The notes: generated by a model not told the origin, from the sequence alone. DNA of 54,454 nucleotides from an uncultured Candidatus Saccharibacteria bacterium (GCA_964608745.1 CAZSPC010000002.1:1-54454), one strand, 5' to 3'. Positions 1-9,175 are shown, counted from the stretch's first letter. Numbers and translations are program-made.

Positions 1-224
1 ATTTTCCGTTAGATTTATTACCGATGATTTTCGTAAATATAAATTTATTGTTTCCATTTGCCTATTCTTTTTTTGTTCCAGCACAATTATATCTTAATAA
101 AATTGATTTGATGACTGGTGTTAAGGGCGTGGTGGTACAGGTTGTGTGGATTATTTTGTTGTATTTGATAATTAAAGTTGTATGGAAAAGAGGATTGAAA
201 ATTTACGAAGGGGTTGGAATTTAA
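1..224 (+). CDS. 3' end of a membrane permease gene, probably the ABC-2-type partner of the next gene. The 5' part lies outside the window.
   Basis: The frame is open from nt 3 (FPLDLLPMIFVN...). It has hydrophobic helices. The stop at 222-224 abuts the ABC ATPase start. Confidence 0.45.
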   Translation, partial: FPLDLLPMIFVNINLLFPFAYSFFVPAQLYLNKIDLMTGVKGVVVQVVWIILLYLIIKVVWKRGLKIYEGVGI

Positions 225-228
225 AAAT

Positions 229-1203
229 ATGTCTATTATTCAAGTAAAAAATTTATCAAAAAGTTATAAATATTACAGGAAACAACCTGGTCTTTTGGGT
301 ACAATAAAAAGTTTATTTAAAAAGAAAAAATTATTTATTGAAGCAGTAAAAAATGTAAATTTTGACATAAAAGAGGGAGAGTTAGTTGGTTTTTTAGGAC
401 CAAATGGAGCTGGAAAGACAACTACCTTAAAAATGCTTTCTGGTATTACTGAACCATCAAATGGTGCAATAAGCGTGTTAGATTACAATCCGACTGATAG
501 ACAATTAGAATATCGAAAGGAGTTTGCTTTAGTTATGGGCCAAAAAAATCAACTCGATTCTAATTTACCCGCAATGGATAGTTTTATTTTAACCAAAGAA
601 ATTTATGAAATTCCAGATAAAGAATTTAAGAAAAATCTAAACGAGTTGACACATTTATTGTGTATTGATGGCATTCTCGATATTCAGGTGAGAAAACTTT
701 CGTTGGGACAAAGAATGAAGTGTGAAATAGTTGCCGCTTTAATTCATAATCCAAAAGTTTTGTTTTTGGATGAGCCGACAATTGGACTTGATGTTGTTGC
801 CCAAAAAAATATTAGGGATTTTATTAAAAAATATAATAAACAAAAGAAAACAACAATTATTTTAACTTCTCATTATATGGACGACATTAAGAAGCTTTGC
901 AAGAGGGTTATAATAATTAGTCTGGGTAAAATAATTTATGATGGTAGCTTTGATAATTTAGTGAAAAAGTATGCTCCCCACAAAATATTGAAATTAACTT
1001 TTGGAGATAAAGTTGGAAAAAAACAAGTTGAGAGCTATGGAAAAATAATTGACTTTGATGAATATTCTGTGTCGATTGAAGTTACTAGAGACAAGGTAAA
1101 AGATATGATTTTTGAAATATTATCATCAAATTTGCCGATTAATGATATTTCTATCGATGAAATAGGTGTTGATAAAATAATTAGAAAAATTTTTAGTAAT
1201 TAA
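229..1203 (+). CDS. ABC transporter ATP-binding protein
   Basis: Walker A GPNGAGKTT, signature LSLGQRMK, Walker B VLFLDEPT and H-loop TSHYM are present. ATG 229 is preferred over the TTG at 214. Confidence 0.9.
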   Translation: MSIIQVKNLSKSYKYYRKQPGLLGTIKSLFKKKKLFIEAVKNVNFDIKEGELVGFLGPNGAGKTTTLKMLSGITEPSNGAISVLDYNPTDRQLEYRKEFALVMGQKNQLDSNLPAMDSFILTKEIYEIPDKEFKKNLNELTHLLCIDGILDIQVRKLSLGQRMKCEIVAALIHNPKVLFLDEPTIGLDVVAQKNIRDFIKKYNKQKKTTIILTSHYMDDIKKLCKRVIIISLGKIIYDGSFDNLVKKYAPHKILKLTFGDKVGKKQVESYGKIIDFDEYSVSIEVTRDKVKDMIFEILSSNLPINDISIDEIGVDKIIRKIFSN

Positions 1204-1280
1204 ACTAAAATTTATCCACAAATTAAATAGCACATACGAACAGAGAATGATATAATATATATTATATAAACTATGTTCGT

Positions 1281-1976
1281 ATGATAGCAAAAACTGAATT
1301 AAAACAAGAAGCAATAAAATTAAGAAAAAAAGGAAAAACATATTCCGAAATTTTAGAAGAAGTTCCTGTGGCGAAATCCACTTTATCTTTGTGGTTGAAG
1401 GAGGTTAATTTATCAAAATCACAAAAACAGAGAATAACGAAGAAGAGGATTGAAGCTAGTCGAAGAGGAGCTAAAAAAAGAAAGGAACAAAGGATTGAAA
1501 TTACAAAGGTAATCTATGAAAAATCAGAGAAAGAAATAGGAAAACTTTCGAAAAGAGAGTTGTGGTTAATTGGAATTGCTTTGTATTGGGCAGAAGGAAC
1601 AAAAGAAAGGGATTATCGACCTGGCCCATGTATTGACTTTATTAATTCTGATCCATATATAATTTTAATTTTTTTAAAATGGTTAACTGATGTTTGTGAT
1701 ATTGATAAAGAAAGAATTATTTTAAGATTATTTATTCATGAAAATAATAAATATAGACTTAATAATGTAATAGATTATTGGTTGCTTCTAACTGGTTTTT
1801 CAAAGATAGATTATGTCTATTTTAAAAAACATAGTGTAAAAACTACTAGAAAAAAAGTAACAAATAGTGTATATTATGGAGGATTAAATGTGCGAGTTAG
1901 AAAAAGCTCTGAGCTTGTTAGAAAAATTGCAGGTTGGTCAAAAGGTATGGGTAAAAATTATTGCCGGATCGTCTAA
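1281..1976 (+). CDS. N-terminal HTH protein with a possible LAGLIDADG-like (homing-endonuclease-like) C-terminal region
   Basis: HTH-like segment YSEILEEVPVAKSTLSLWLKEV, then a basic coil, then LWLIGIALYWAEGTKE resembling a LAGLIDADG motif. The last 15 nt overlap the tRNA-Gln 5' end. Confidence 0.5.
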   Translation: MIAKTELKQEAIKLRKKGKTYSEILEEVPVAKSTLSLWLKEVNLSKSQKQRITKKRIEASRRGAKKRKEQRIEITKVIYEKSEKEIGKLSKRELWLIGIALYWAEGTKERDYRPGPCIDFINSDPYIILIFLKWLTDVCDIDKERIILRLFIHENNKYRLNNVIDYWLLLTGFSKIDYVYFKKHSVKTTRKKVTNSVYYGGLNVRVRKSSELVRKIAGWSKGMGKNYCRIV

Positions 1977-2033
1977 TTGGTAGGACTGCGGATTTTGGTT
2001 CCGCCAATCTAGGTTCGAGTCCTAGTCCGGCAA
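1962..2033 (+). tRNA. tRNA-Gln (anticodon UUG)
   Basis: Hand-folded cloverleaf: acceptor TGCCGGA/TCCGGCA, D stem GTCT/GGAC, anticodon stem GCGGA/TCCGC with loop TTTTGGT, T arm CTAGG-TTCGAGT-CCTAG. No CCA is encoded. Confidence 0.9.
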
Positions 2034-2482
2034 CTACGACAAATTAAAATACCGATAGAGGTATTTTAATTTTGGCGTCATTTTAGTCGGACTAGAACTC
2101 GAAAAGCGCAGGCAAAGAAAAATTTTGTAAAAATTTTTCAATTTGCCGAGCTGGGGTCGCGAATACTTAGTAGATTTGAGTGTGAAGCATGAAAAATATA
2201 CTTAGTGATTTGTGACCAAGTCCTAACCCGGCCAACATAAAACACTTAAACCCAACGCATAGCATTGGGTTTAAGTGTTTTGGTTGGCAGGTCGGCTCGA
2301 ACCGAGCGAAATATATTTTTCGTAGTGAAGCGGAGAAAAATTTGAGCGAGCGGGACAGCGAGTTCTTGATGAAAAACGAACTTTCTAAGGTTAACCAGTA
2401 ACCAGGCCGGTAGGCTAGGTTATTGGGTAACCGAAAGTTTATTTTTCATTTAGAACTGGCGTCGAGTCCCTGTTCGGCAACA
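2034..2482 (+). repeat. tRNA-linked array of hairpins and structured units
   Basis: Layout is hairpin (2041-2072), unit S1 (2074-2236), hairpin (2239-2281), unit S3 (2282-2482). The units end in AAGTCCTAACCCGGCCAA and GAGTCCCTGTTCGGCAA, which resemble the tRNA-Gln 3' end GAGTCCTAGTCCGGCAA. The S1 core is homologous to a unit at 46763-46935. Confidence 0.75.
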
Positions 2483-2489
2483 ATTTAAA

Positions 2490-2732
2490 ATGAATACTTT
2501 TATAAAATTAATATCCCAAATAATTTTACCAACTCTCTTGTGGTTGATTGTAACTGCTTTTGGTTTTGGTGCACAAAGTCTTTCTAACCTTATTGAAGTT
2601 CCATTGGTGTTGCTGGTGTCGATTATATTTACATCTATACCCGAAAGATTTTTTTCTTTAAAAAAGAAATTATTTATACTTTGTATTTTTGTATTAATTC
2701 TCAGGGTTTTAATGCCAGTATTACCAGAATAG
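2490..2732 (+). CDS. Small integral membrane protein, function unknown
   Basis: 80-aa ORF with three hydrophobic segments. Confidence 0.5.
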   Translation: MNTFIKLISQIILPTLLWLIVTAFGFGAQSLSNLIEVPLVLLVSIIFTSIPERFFSLKKKLFILCIFVLILRVLMPVLPE

Positions 2733-2791
2733 GGGGAAAATGGTTGTTTTATGTTAATATAGAAGTATTAAAGTCTTAATTATAAAAAAAT

Positions 2792-3244
2792 ATGACGAAA
2801 ATATATAATATCCTGGCAATATTAGCTATCGTACTAGTTACTTTCTTTTATTGGCAAAATGTGGGTGATGTTGATGAGGTAAATACAATACCAAATGCTA
2901 CAACAACACCTATTACCTTAATTTCTCCCAACGGCGGGGAACAAATCAACGCTAGTTCAACTTATATGGTGAAGTGGCAAACAGTAGAAGAGTACAAAGA
3001 TTATGCTATTTCTGTCCATATTAGAAAGGCGACTACTACTGGTGAGGAAGTTGGACAAGAATTTGATCCAATAATTTTTGTTGGACTTGAAAATGATGGT
3101 AACGAAGAATGGTTTGTGCAAGATATGTACCCAGCAGGAGAATATATTTTAGAAATTATTGCTTATTCTGATATTCCGTTGGTTGAAGGAAATAGTGTTT
3201 CAGATAAATCTAACTTATCTTTTGAAATCATTCCATTAAAATAA
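2792..3244 (+). CDS. Membrane-anchored extracytoplasmic protein, possibly with an Ig-like fold
   Basis: N-terminal TM helix followed by LISPNGGEQINASSTYMVKWQ-type beta-rich sequence. Confidence 0.55.
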   Translation: MTKIYNILAILAIVLVTFFYWQNVGDVDEVNTIPNATTTPITLISPNGGEQINASSTYMVKWQTVEEYKDYAISVHIRKATTTGEEVGQEFDPIIFVGLENDGNEEWFVQDMYPAGEYILEIIAYSDIPLVEGNSVSDKSNLSFEIIPLK

Positions 3245-3262
3245 ATATGATATAATTCTAGT

Positions 3263-3805
3263 ATGTTTGAGACTAGTAAAATAGAGGGTAAATTTAAGGA
3301 AATATTTTTCTACTTACTTATAGTATTGGTTTTTGTTCTTGCTTATTTGTATTTGCAAGATAATCCAATTCTTGAAGATAGTTTAGGGACAATTGACCCG
3401 ACTATTGAAAATGTTGGTGATAATTTAGATGACGAAATTGTTATTGGTGGGGTAAGTAATCAAAATAATCAAAATATTCCTTCTGGCACAACTAGTAATA
3501 CAAATGGACGAGCAAATCTTCCAAAAATGGAAAATGGTTCGTATTTAATTTATTACTTTAACGATGGTTTTTACCCTAATGTTTTACAAGTGCGACAAGG
3601 AACTTCTGTGCGTTATGTAAATAAGTCAGAAGGAGCAATGAGGGTTTTTGCTGAAGAGCAGAATGATTTGAAGATGCGTGAATTAAATCAACCTCAAACA
3701 GTAGGAATAGGAGGAATGTATGATTTTACTTTTACCCAAACAGGAGTTTGGTTTTACACTAATTACAACAATAAACTACACAAGGCGAGTGTAGTAATCT
3801 ACTAA
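3263..3805 (+). CDS. Membrane-anchored protein with a possible cupredoxin-like C-terminal domain
   Basis: N-terminal TM helix. The segment FYPNVLQVRQGTSVRYVNKSEGAMRV resembles a cupredoxin strand pattern. The assignment is weak. Confidence 0.45.
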   Translation: MFETSKIEGKFKEIFFYLLIVLVFVLAYLYLQDNPILEDSLGTIDPTIENVGDNLDDEIVIGGVSNQNNQNIPSGTTSNTNGRANLPKMENGSYLIYYFNDGFYPNVLQVRQGTSVRYVNKSEGAMRVFAEEQNDLKMRELNQPQTVGIGGMYDFTFTQTGVWFYTNYNNKLHKASVVIY

Positions 3806-3824
3806 AATAATTTCCTCAAAATTA

Positions 3825-4571
3825 ATGAATTTAATTTTTCTCGATACAGAAACAACCGGTAATGATCTAGAATCTGACAGGCTTTGTCAGGTTTGTTTTA
3901 AGGTTGGTGGAAAACTTACTGTCAAAAATTTTAAACCAACAGTACCTATTTCAGTTAAAGCAATGAGCGTGACAAATATTACCAACAAGGTGGTTGAAAA
4001 TGAAGAGAAGTTTGCTGGTAGTGATACTCAAAAAGAGTTACAAGAATTGTTGAATGAAAATATTCTAGTTGCTCACAATGCAAAATTTGATATTGCTATG
4101 CTTGAGAATGATGGAATGACAGTACCAAAATTCATTTGTACTTTACGATTAGCTCGTTATTTGGATGAAAAAGTTGAAATCCCTGAATATAATTTGCAAT
4201 ATTTACGATATCATTATGATGTGTTTGGAGAAGATGGTAGGGGAGAGTTAAAAGATGTGGAAATTATTCCGCATAGTGCAGACGGAGATGTCTTGGTTTT
4301 GGAAGCCGTTTTTAATTATTTATATGAAGAAGCAAAAAACAAAGCGGGGGGAGACATTGGTGAAGAGGAGATTATAAACAGAATGGTTGATATTTCGTCA
4401 AAACCGTCAATTATTAAAAAATTCACTTTTGGAAAGTATGCAGATAAAATGGTAGACGAAGTGCTTAGATATGACAGGGGATATTTAGAGTGGTTTCTAA
4501 AAACGAAGGAAGAAGAGGGAACGGATGAGGATTGGATTTATACGCTCAAATACTTTTTAAAGAAAAAATAG
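3825..4571 (+). CDS. DEDDh 3'-5' exonuclease (DnaQ/epsilon-like)
   Basis: Exo motifs FLDTETTGN, VAHNAKFDIAML and HSADGDVLVL. Confidence 0.85.
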   Translation: MNLIFLDTETTGNDLESDRLCQVCFKVGGKLTVKNFKPTVPISVKAMSVTNITNKVVENEEKFAGSDTQKELQELLNENILVAHNAKFDIAMLENDGMTVPKFICTLRLARYLDEKVEIPEYNLQYLRYHYDVFGEDGRGELKDVEIIPHSADGDVLVLEAVFNYLYEEAKNKAGGDIGEEEIINRMVDISSKPSIIKKFTFGKYADKMVDEVLRYDRGYLEWFLKTKEEEGTDEDWIYTLKYFLKKK

Positions 4572-4651
4572 AATAACTTCTATTTTTTTTCTTTAAAAAG
4601 TATTTGAGCTAGTCTTAAGTAGTAAGTGATAAGGTGTAAGTTTTTAATTTT

Positions 4652-4690
4652 AAACGGCTCAATTGGTTGAGCCGTTTAAGCTTTTTGGGG
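4652..4690 (+). terminator. Rho-independent terminator, part of a duplicated intergenic module
   Basis: Stem aaacggctcaa/ttgagccgttt followed by aagcttttt. About 57 nt are repeated at 31624-31680 on the minus strand. Confidence 0.7.
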
Positions 4691-4776
4691 CTCTGTTGAG
4701 CTATACAAACGACTATATAAAAAAAACGAAAGAAAACCTACTGAAATGCGTAATAAGTAAGAGTATAATATTAAAA

Positions 4777-5346
4777 ATGCATCAAAAAACTATAAATACA
4801 GACGAAGAGCTGGTTGTTCTTACTTTGCAAAACAAAGATTTTTTCGCTTATATAATTGACCGCTACAAAAGTAAAATTTTCCGATATATTTCTCGATTAA
4901 CAAATTTGAGTGATTTTGAACTTCACGATGTTTTACAAGATATATTTATAAAAGTTTATGAAAATTTAAACGATTTTGATTCTGATTTAAAATTTTCATC
5001 CTGGATTTATCGAGTAGCTCACAATCAAATCATCGATGTTCATAGAAAAAACAAAGCTCGTCCACAAGGCCACTATATTGATGTAGAGGATTTTGTTTTG
5101 CAGAATATTGCTAATGATTTTGATGTTGTAGAACAGGCAAATTTAGAATATAGTAAAAAATATATTGGAAAAGCCTTAAATAGTCTTGATCAAAAATATA
5201 GAGAAGTTTTGATTTTAAGATTTTTTGAAGAAAAAGATTATAAAGAAATTTCGGATATTTTAAAAAAACCACCTGGAACAGTGGCAACACTTTTAAATAG
5301 AGCGAAAAAACAATTAAAGAAAAATATAAACAAATATTATGAGTAA
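4777..5346 (+). CDS. ECF-type sigma-70 family RNA polymerase sigma factor
   Basis: Region 2 is DVLQDIFIKVYENL...SWIYRVAHNQIIDVHRK. Region 4 is REVLILRFFEEKDYKEISDIL...GTVATLLNRAKKQL. ATG 4777 is preferred because the upstream part of the ORF overlaps the terminator. Confidence 0.85.
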   Translation: MHQKTINTDEELVVLTLQNKDFFAYIIDRYKSKIFRYISRLTNLSDFELHDVLQDIFIKVYENLNDFDSDLKFSSWIYRVAHNQIIDVHRKNKARPQGHYIDVEDFVLQNIANDFDVVEQANLEYSKKYIGKALNSLDQKYREVLILRFFEEKDYKEISDILKKPPGTVATLLNRAKKQLKKNINKYYE

Positions 5347-6139
5347 ATCAAATTTTAAAAAAGAAATACTTGATAAACTTAAAAAAGAAAAAATTGAACC
5401 AAAATCTAAATGGCAGTTTTTGCTGAAAGATTATTTTGTTAGGTTTTTGGGTATTATTTCTGTTCTAGTTGGTGGTGTGGCAGTTTCTGTAATTATTTTT
5501 ACTGTAATGAATAGCAATTGGGAATCTTATCGTTTTTTAAGCGGAAGTTTGCTCGAGCATATTATCAGGACGGCCCCTGTTTTTTGGATAATTTTACTGG
5601 GAACTTTTATTGTTTTTGCTGATTATAATTTTAAGCATACGAAAAGGGGATATAAATATAGTCTTACTCAGGTTGTTGGAGTGTCTGTTTTGGTTAGTAT
5701 ACTATTGGGTATTTTCTTCTATCAAATTGGGTTAAGTCATATTACTGATAAAGTTTTTGAAAAGAGACTTCCTGGATATATGAGTGTAGAAAAAAGAAAA
5801 GAAATGATTTTTGATCATCACCCCAAGGAAAATTTGTTAGTTGGTTCTGTTACCCTTTCTGAAAGAAGTGATATTTGGATTTTTCAAGAAATGAACGGGA
5901 GGGAATGGGAAGTTGTTCCAATCGATTTAACAGAAAAAGATTATTTTACCTTGGATAATTTTGAAAAAGTAATCTTAATTGGTGAAAAAATAGATGAAAC
6001 CTCTTTCAGGGCCTGTGGTGTGAGACCTTGGGAAATAATAGGTGGGCTAAAAAAAAGAAAAAATGAAAGAAAATTTATGGATATGCGTAATAGTATGTGT
6101 GGAAAGGGAACAACAACCCTGTTCGCAAAACCTAGGTAA
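5339..6139 (+). CDS. Multi-pass membrane protein, putative anti-sigma factor
   Basis: Its start overlaps the sigma-factor stop (ATGA). It has several TM helices. The call rests on context only. Confidence 0.55.
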   Translation: MSKSNFKKEILDKLKKEKIEPKSKWQFLLKDYFVRFLGIISVLVGGVAVSVIIFTVMNSNWESYRFLSGSLLEHIIRTAPVFWIILLGTFIVFADYNFKHTKRGYKYSLTQVVGVSVLVSILLGIFFYQIGLSHITDKVFEKRLPGYMSVEKRKEMIFDHHPKENLLVGSVTLSERSDIWIFQEMNGREWEVVPIDLTEKDYFTLDNFEKVILIGEKIDETSFRACGVRPWEIIGGLKKRKNERKFMDMRNSMCGKGTTTLFAKPR

Positions 6140-6184
6140 ATTATAAGTAGATTAAAAGAATAATACATTCAATCATTCAATTGA

Positions 6185-6673
6185 ATGTATGAAATGAGAA
6201 ATATGAAATTATCAAAAATAACAATTTTAGCTCTGGCCTTGATTATGGCTGGTGTAGGAGTATCAAGTGCTTACGCCGGCGTATTTGGTGAGAGGCAGCA
6301 AAATCTAACAGATGAACAGAAGGCTATTCTAGAACAAGTTAGAGAATTAAAAGAAGCTGGAAATTATGAAGAGGCTCGTGAATTAGCCCAAGAGGTTGGT
6401 TTGAGAAATAAAAAACACAGAATGATGTATGAAAACAAAGAGGAAGTGAAAATTGCACTCGAAAATAATGATTATTCAGCCTTCCAAGAATTAACTACCG
6501 ATAAACCTTTTGCAGGTGAAATAACAGAAGAGATTTTTGCAAAAATGGTTGAGGCTCATCAATTAAGATTAGCTGGAGATTATGAAGGAGCAAAAGCAAT
6601 TCATGATGAACTTGGTTTAAAGAAAGGATATGGACACGGAGGAAAGGGAATGCGTGATTGTCAAAATCAGTAG
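6185..6673 (+). CDS. Secreted protein with two internal repeats
   Basis: Signal peptide KLSKITILALALIMAGVGVSSAYA. Repeated motif AGNYEEARELAQEVGL / AGDYEGAKAIHDELGL. The start could instead be 6194 or 6203. Confidence 0.6.
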   Translation: MYEMRNMKLSKITILALALIMAGVGVSSAYAGVFGERQQNLTDEQKAILEQVRELKEAGNYEEARELAQEVGLRNKKHRMMYENKEEVKIALENNDYSAFQELTTDKPFAGEITEEIFAKMVEAHQLRLAGDYEGAKAIHDELGLKKGYGHGGKGMRDCQNQ

Positions 6674-6761
6674 GTTTGAAAATCCCAATTATTTAAAAGG
6701 CTCACAAGGTGAGCCTTTTAATGTGTCTTGCTAAGTAGTTTTGTTTTGATATGATTCATTT

Positions 6762-7481
6762 ATGGATTTAAATGAATTAAAAAAAGAAATAAAAAAATTT
6801 GAAAATCTTGAACAGGCAAAAATTTCTCAAAAATTCTTTAAAACCAGAAAGGGAGAATATGGTGAGGGAGATAAGTTTTTGGGAATAAAAGCGCCAATTT
6901 TAAGAAAAATCGCCAAAAACTACACAAATTTAGGTCCCGGGGACCTAAATAAGCTGATGGAAAGTAGAATCCATGAACACCGTTTTATCGCCTTGGTTAT
7001 TTTAATAACAAGATTTAATAAAAGTGGGTCATCGGAAGGCCCACCAAAAGAGATTTTTGAATTTTATTTGGATAATTTGAAGGAGGGGAATATAAATAAT
7101 TGGGATTTAGTTGACATTTCAGCTCCGCATATTGTTGGGCAATACTTACTAAGGCAAGGCCTTAGTAAGAGGGAGGTTTTGTATGGCTTGGCCAAGTCAA
7201 AAAATCTTTGGGAAAGGAGGGTTTCAATTATTTCAACTTTTACATTTATTAGAGGAAATCAATTTGATGATACTTTAAAAATTTCTGAAATTCTTTTAGG
7301 TGATGAAAATGATTTAATTCATAAAGCCGTGGGCTGGATGTTGCGAGAGGTGGGCAAGAGAGACCAAAAAAAGTTGGAACAATTTCTTAAAAAACATAAT
7401 AAAAAAATCCCTCGGACAACTTTACGATACGCGATCGAAAAGTTTCCTGAGGGATTGAGGAAAAAATATTTGAAAATGTAA
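6762..7481 (+). CDS. DNA alkylation repair protein (AlkD-like HEAT-repeat family)
   Basis: Family-typical FFKTRKGEYGEGDKFLGIKAPILRKIAK, NNWDLVD and HKAVGWMLREVGKRD. Confidence 0.75.
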   Translation: MDLNELKKEIKKFENLEQAKISQKFFKTRKGEYGEGDKFLGIKAPILRKIAKNYTNLGPGDLNKLMESRIHEHRFIALVILITRFNKSGSSEGPPKEIFEFYLDNLKEGNINNWDLVDISAPHIVGQYLLRQGLSKREVLYGLAKSKNLWERRVSIISTFTFIRGNQFDDTLKISEILLGDENDLIHKAVGWMLREVGKRDQKKLEQFLKKHNKKIPRTTLRYAIEKFPEGLRKKYLKM

Positions 7482-7488
7482 TTAAATA

Positions 7489-7680
7489 TTAAGTATCTTC
7501 GTGCCTTACAGCATCACGGATACTTTTTTCGACAGGAAGGCTAGCCCCCCAGTCTTCTTTTGAAGTACATACTCCGGGCCCATTATTTCTTTTCATTCCT
7601 GGACACCTTCTTTTGTCAAACAATCCAAAACATTCGTTCTCTTGCCATTTTTTATTGCATTTTTTTTTAATATTTACCAT
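7489..7680 (-). CDS. Small Cys-containing hypothetical protein
   Basis: 63-aa ORF preceded by a strong SD (ggagaaaacctATG). Confidence 0.5.
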   Translation of the reverse strand: MVNIKKKCNKKWQENECFGLFDKRRCPGMKRNNGPGVCTSKEDWGASLPVEKSIRDAVRHEDT

Positions 7681-7748
7681 AGGTTTTCTCCTTTTGATTT
7701 TTTCTATTTTGTTATTTTATTCCGCTTGTTAATATATGTGAAATTCAA

Positions 7749-8321
7749 TTAAAAATCAAGTGATTTTTCAATTTCATCAGCAATTTTTTGATAACCCTGT
7801 GCGTTTGGATGAGCTCCGTCGTCTAAATCTCCAACATTTAAGACATCTTTTAAGGGGATATATTGTAGGTTATTTTCTTTGCAAAATTCTTTAATTATCT
7901 CATCATATTTTGCTAAATTCTTATTACAAAAATGTAGATAATGCCAAGTGGTTGTGATATCGTCGTTCATTCGCGGAAGACCAGTAAAAGTGATTTCTTT
8001 GGTATGTTGCTGTAAGATTTTAAGTATTTTTTCTAAGTTTTGTTTATAGTCGACTGGGGGAATAAGGGTTTTGTTTTTATCTGTGTTGTATTGGGTGTCA
8101 TTAGCACCAATAAAAATAATAGCGATGTCTGGTTTTTTTCTTTCAATATCGTCTTCTAATCTATTTAATAAATCTTGAGAGGTATCTCCGGGGATACCAA
8201 AATTCCAAAATTTAAGTTCTGGGTTTTGTAATTGGTTTTTTAGGCGAGTAACCCAACCTCCCTCGGTTATGTCGCCCATACCATAAACTAGGCTGTCGCC
8301 GTATACGCAGATGTTTTTCAT
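7749..8321 (-). CDS. SGNH/GDSL-family hydrolase
   Basis: Block I VYGDSLVYG, block III GANDT, block V DGAHPN. Confidence 0.85.
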   Translation of the reverse strand: MKNICVYGDSLVYGMGDITEGGWVTRLKNQLQNPELKFWNFGIPGDTSQDLLNRLEDDIERKKPDIAIIFIGANDTQYNTDKNKTLIPPVDYKQNLEKILKILQQHTKEITFTGLPRMNDDITTTWHYLHFCNKNLAKYDEIIKEFCKENNLQYIPLKDVLNVGDLDDGAHPNAQGYQKIADEIEKSLDF

Positions 8322-8471
8322 ACGAATATATTATATACTATCTCAATGAATCCTGTTAGAGATTATTATTTGATTTATGAGATAATATTCATAGACAAAA
8401 AACGGGATATTTTAGAAAATTAATTATATAAATACGTCCATCTTAAACTTAGACGGACTATCTCTAACGGG

Positions 8472-9041
8472 ATGAAAATCAAATCAGCAGAATTTGTCAA
8501 AGGAATAAAAGGTACAGATAAGGTTTTAAATGATAAGCGACAACATATCGCTTTTGTTGGGCGTTCTAATGTTGGCAAATCGTCTGTTATTAATTCTCTG
8601 GTTGGTAAAAAAGAATTAGTGAAATCAAGTTCTTTGCCAGGAAAAACTCGTGAGATAAATTTTTTTCTTATCAATAAGAAATTTTATTTTGTCGATTTGC
8701 CTGGATATGGATTTGCAAAAATAAAACAAAAGCAAAGAGAAAAATTAAGAAAACTTATTTTGTGGTATTTATTGGGTGATGATTTGGAGGAAATTGATAA
8801 AAAAATTGTTTTAATTATTGATTTTAAAGTTGGCCCATCGAAATTTGATCTAGAGATGCTACAATTGTTGCAAGAAAATAATTTAGATTTTATAATTATT
8901 GCTAATAAAATTGATAAGATTAGTAAGGGAAAAAGGTTGAGTCAGACAAAAAAGCTTGAGAGTAAGCTTGGAGAAGAAAATATTATTCTATTTTCAGCAA
9001 AAACAGGAGAAGGGAAAGAGAAATTATTAAAAATAATTTAA
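8472..9041 (+). CDS. engB: Ribosome-biogenesis GTPase EngB/YihA
   Basis: G1 GRSNVGKSS, G3 DLPGYG, G4 NKIDK, with typical length and order. Confidence 0.9.
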   Translation: MKIKSAEFVKGIKGTDKVLNDKRQHIAFVGRSNVGKSSVINSLVGKKELVKSSSLPGKTREINFFLINKKFYFVDLPGYGFAKIKQKQREKLRKLILWYLLGDDLEEIDKKIVLIIDFKVGPSKFDLEMLQLLQENNLDFIIIANKIDKISKGKRLSQTKKLESKLGEENIILFSAKTGEGKEKLLKII

Positions 9042-9175
9042 TTTTCAATTTTCAATTTACAAATTTTCAAACACTAACACTAGCTTCAATATTACAATGA
9101 ATTAATGTTTTAAACATTAAAAATTAATTTATTTAAAATTGTTTGAAAATTGAAAATTCGTAAATTGAAAATTCA
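9040..9175. repeat. Inverted pair of heptamer-periodic arrays
   Basis: Left arm is aattttc aattttc aatttac aaatttt. Right arm is gtttgaa aattgaa aattcgt aaattga aaattca. Confidence 0.7.

Noticed and set aside
4663-4776. The longer N-terminal extension of the ECF sigma ORF. The same applies to the extended starts at 13366, 17187, 26509, 28717, 37168, 45303, 52082 and 53700.
   Set aside because: The extensions overlap terminators or repeats, or use TTG. Internal ATGs give proteins that begin at the expected domain boundary or signal peptide.
9040-9175. Whether the heptamer arrays or the tRNA-linked units could be a CRISPR array.
   Set aside because: The repeat period is 7 nt with no spacers. 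The tRNA-linked units are 160-220 nt and are not identical direct repeats, and no cas genes are present.
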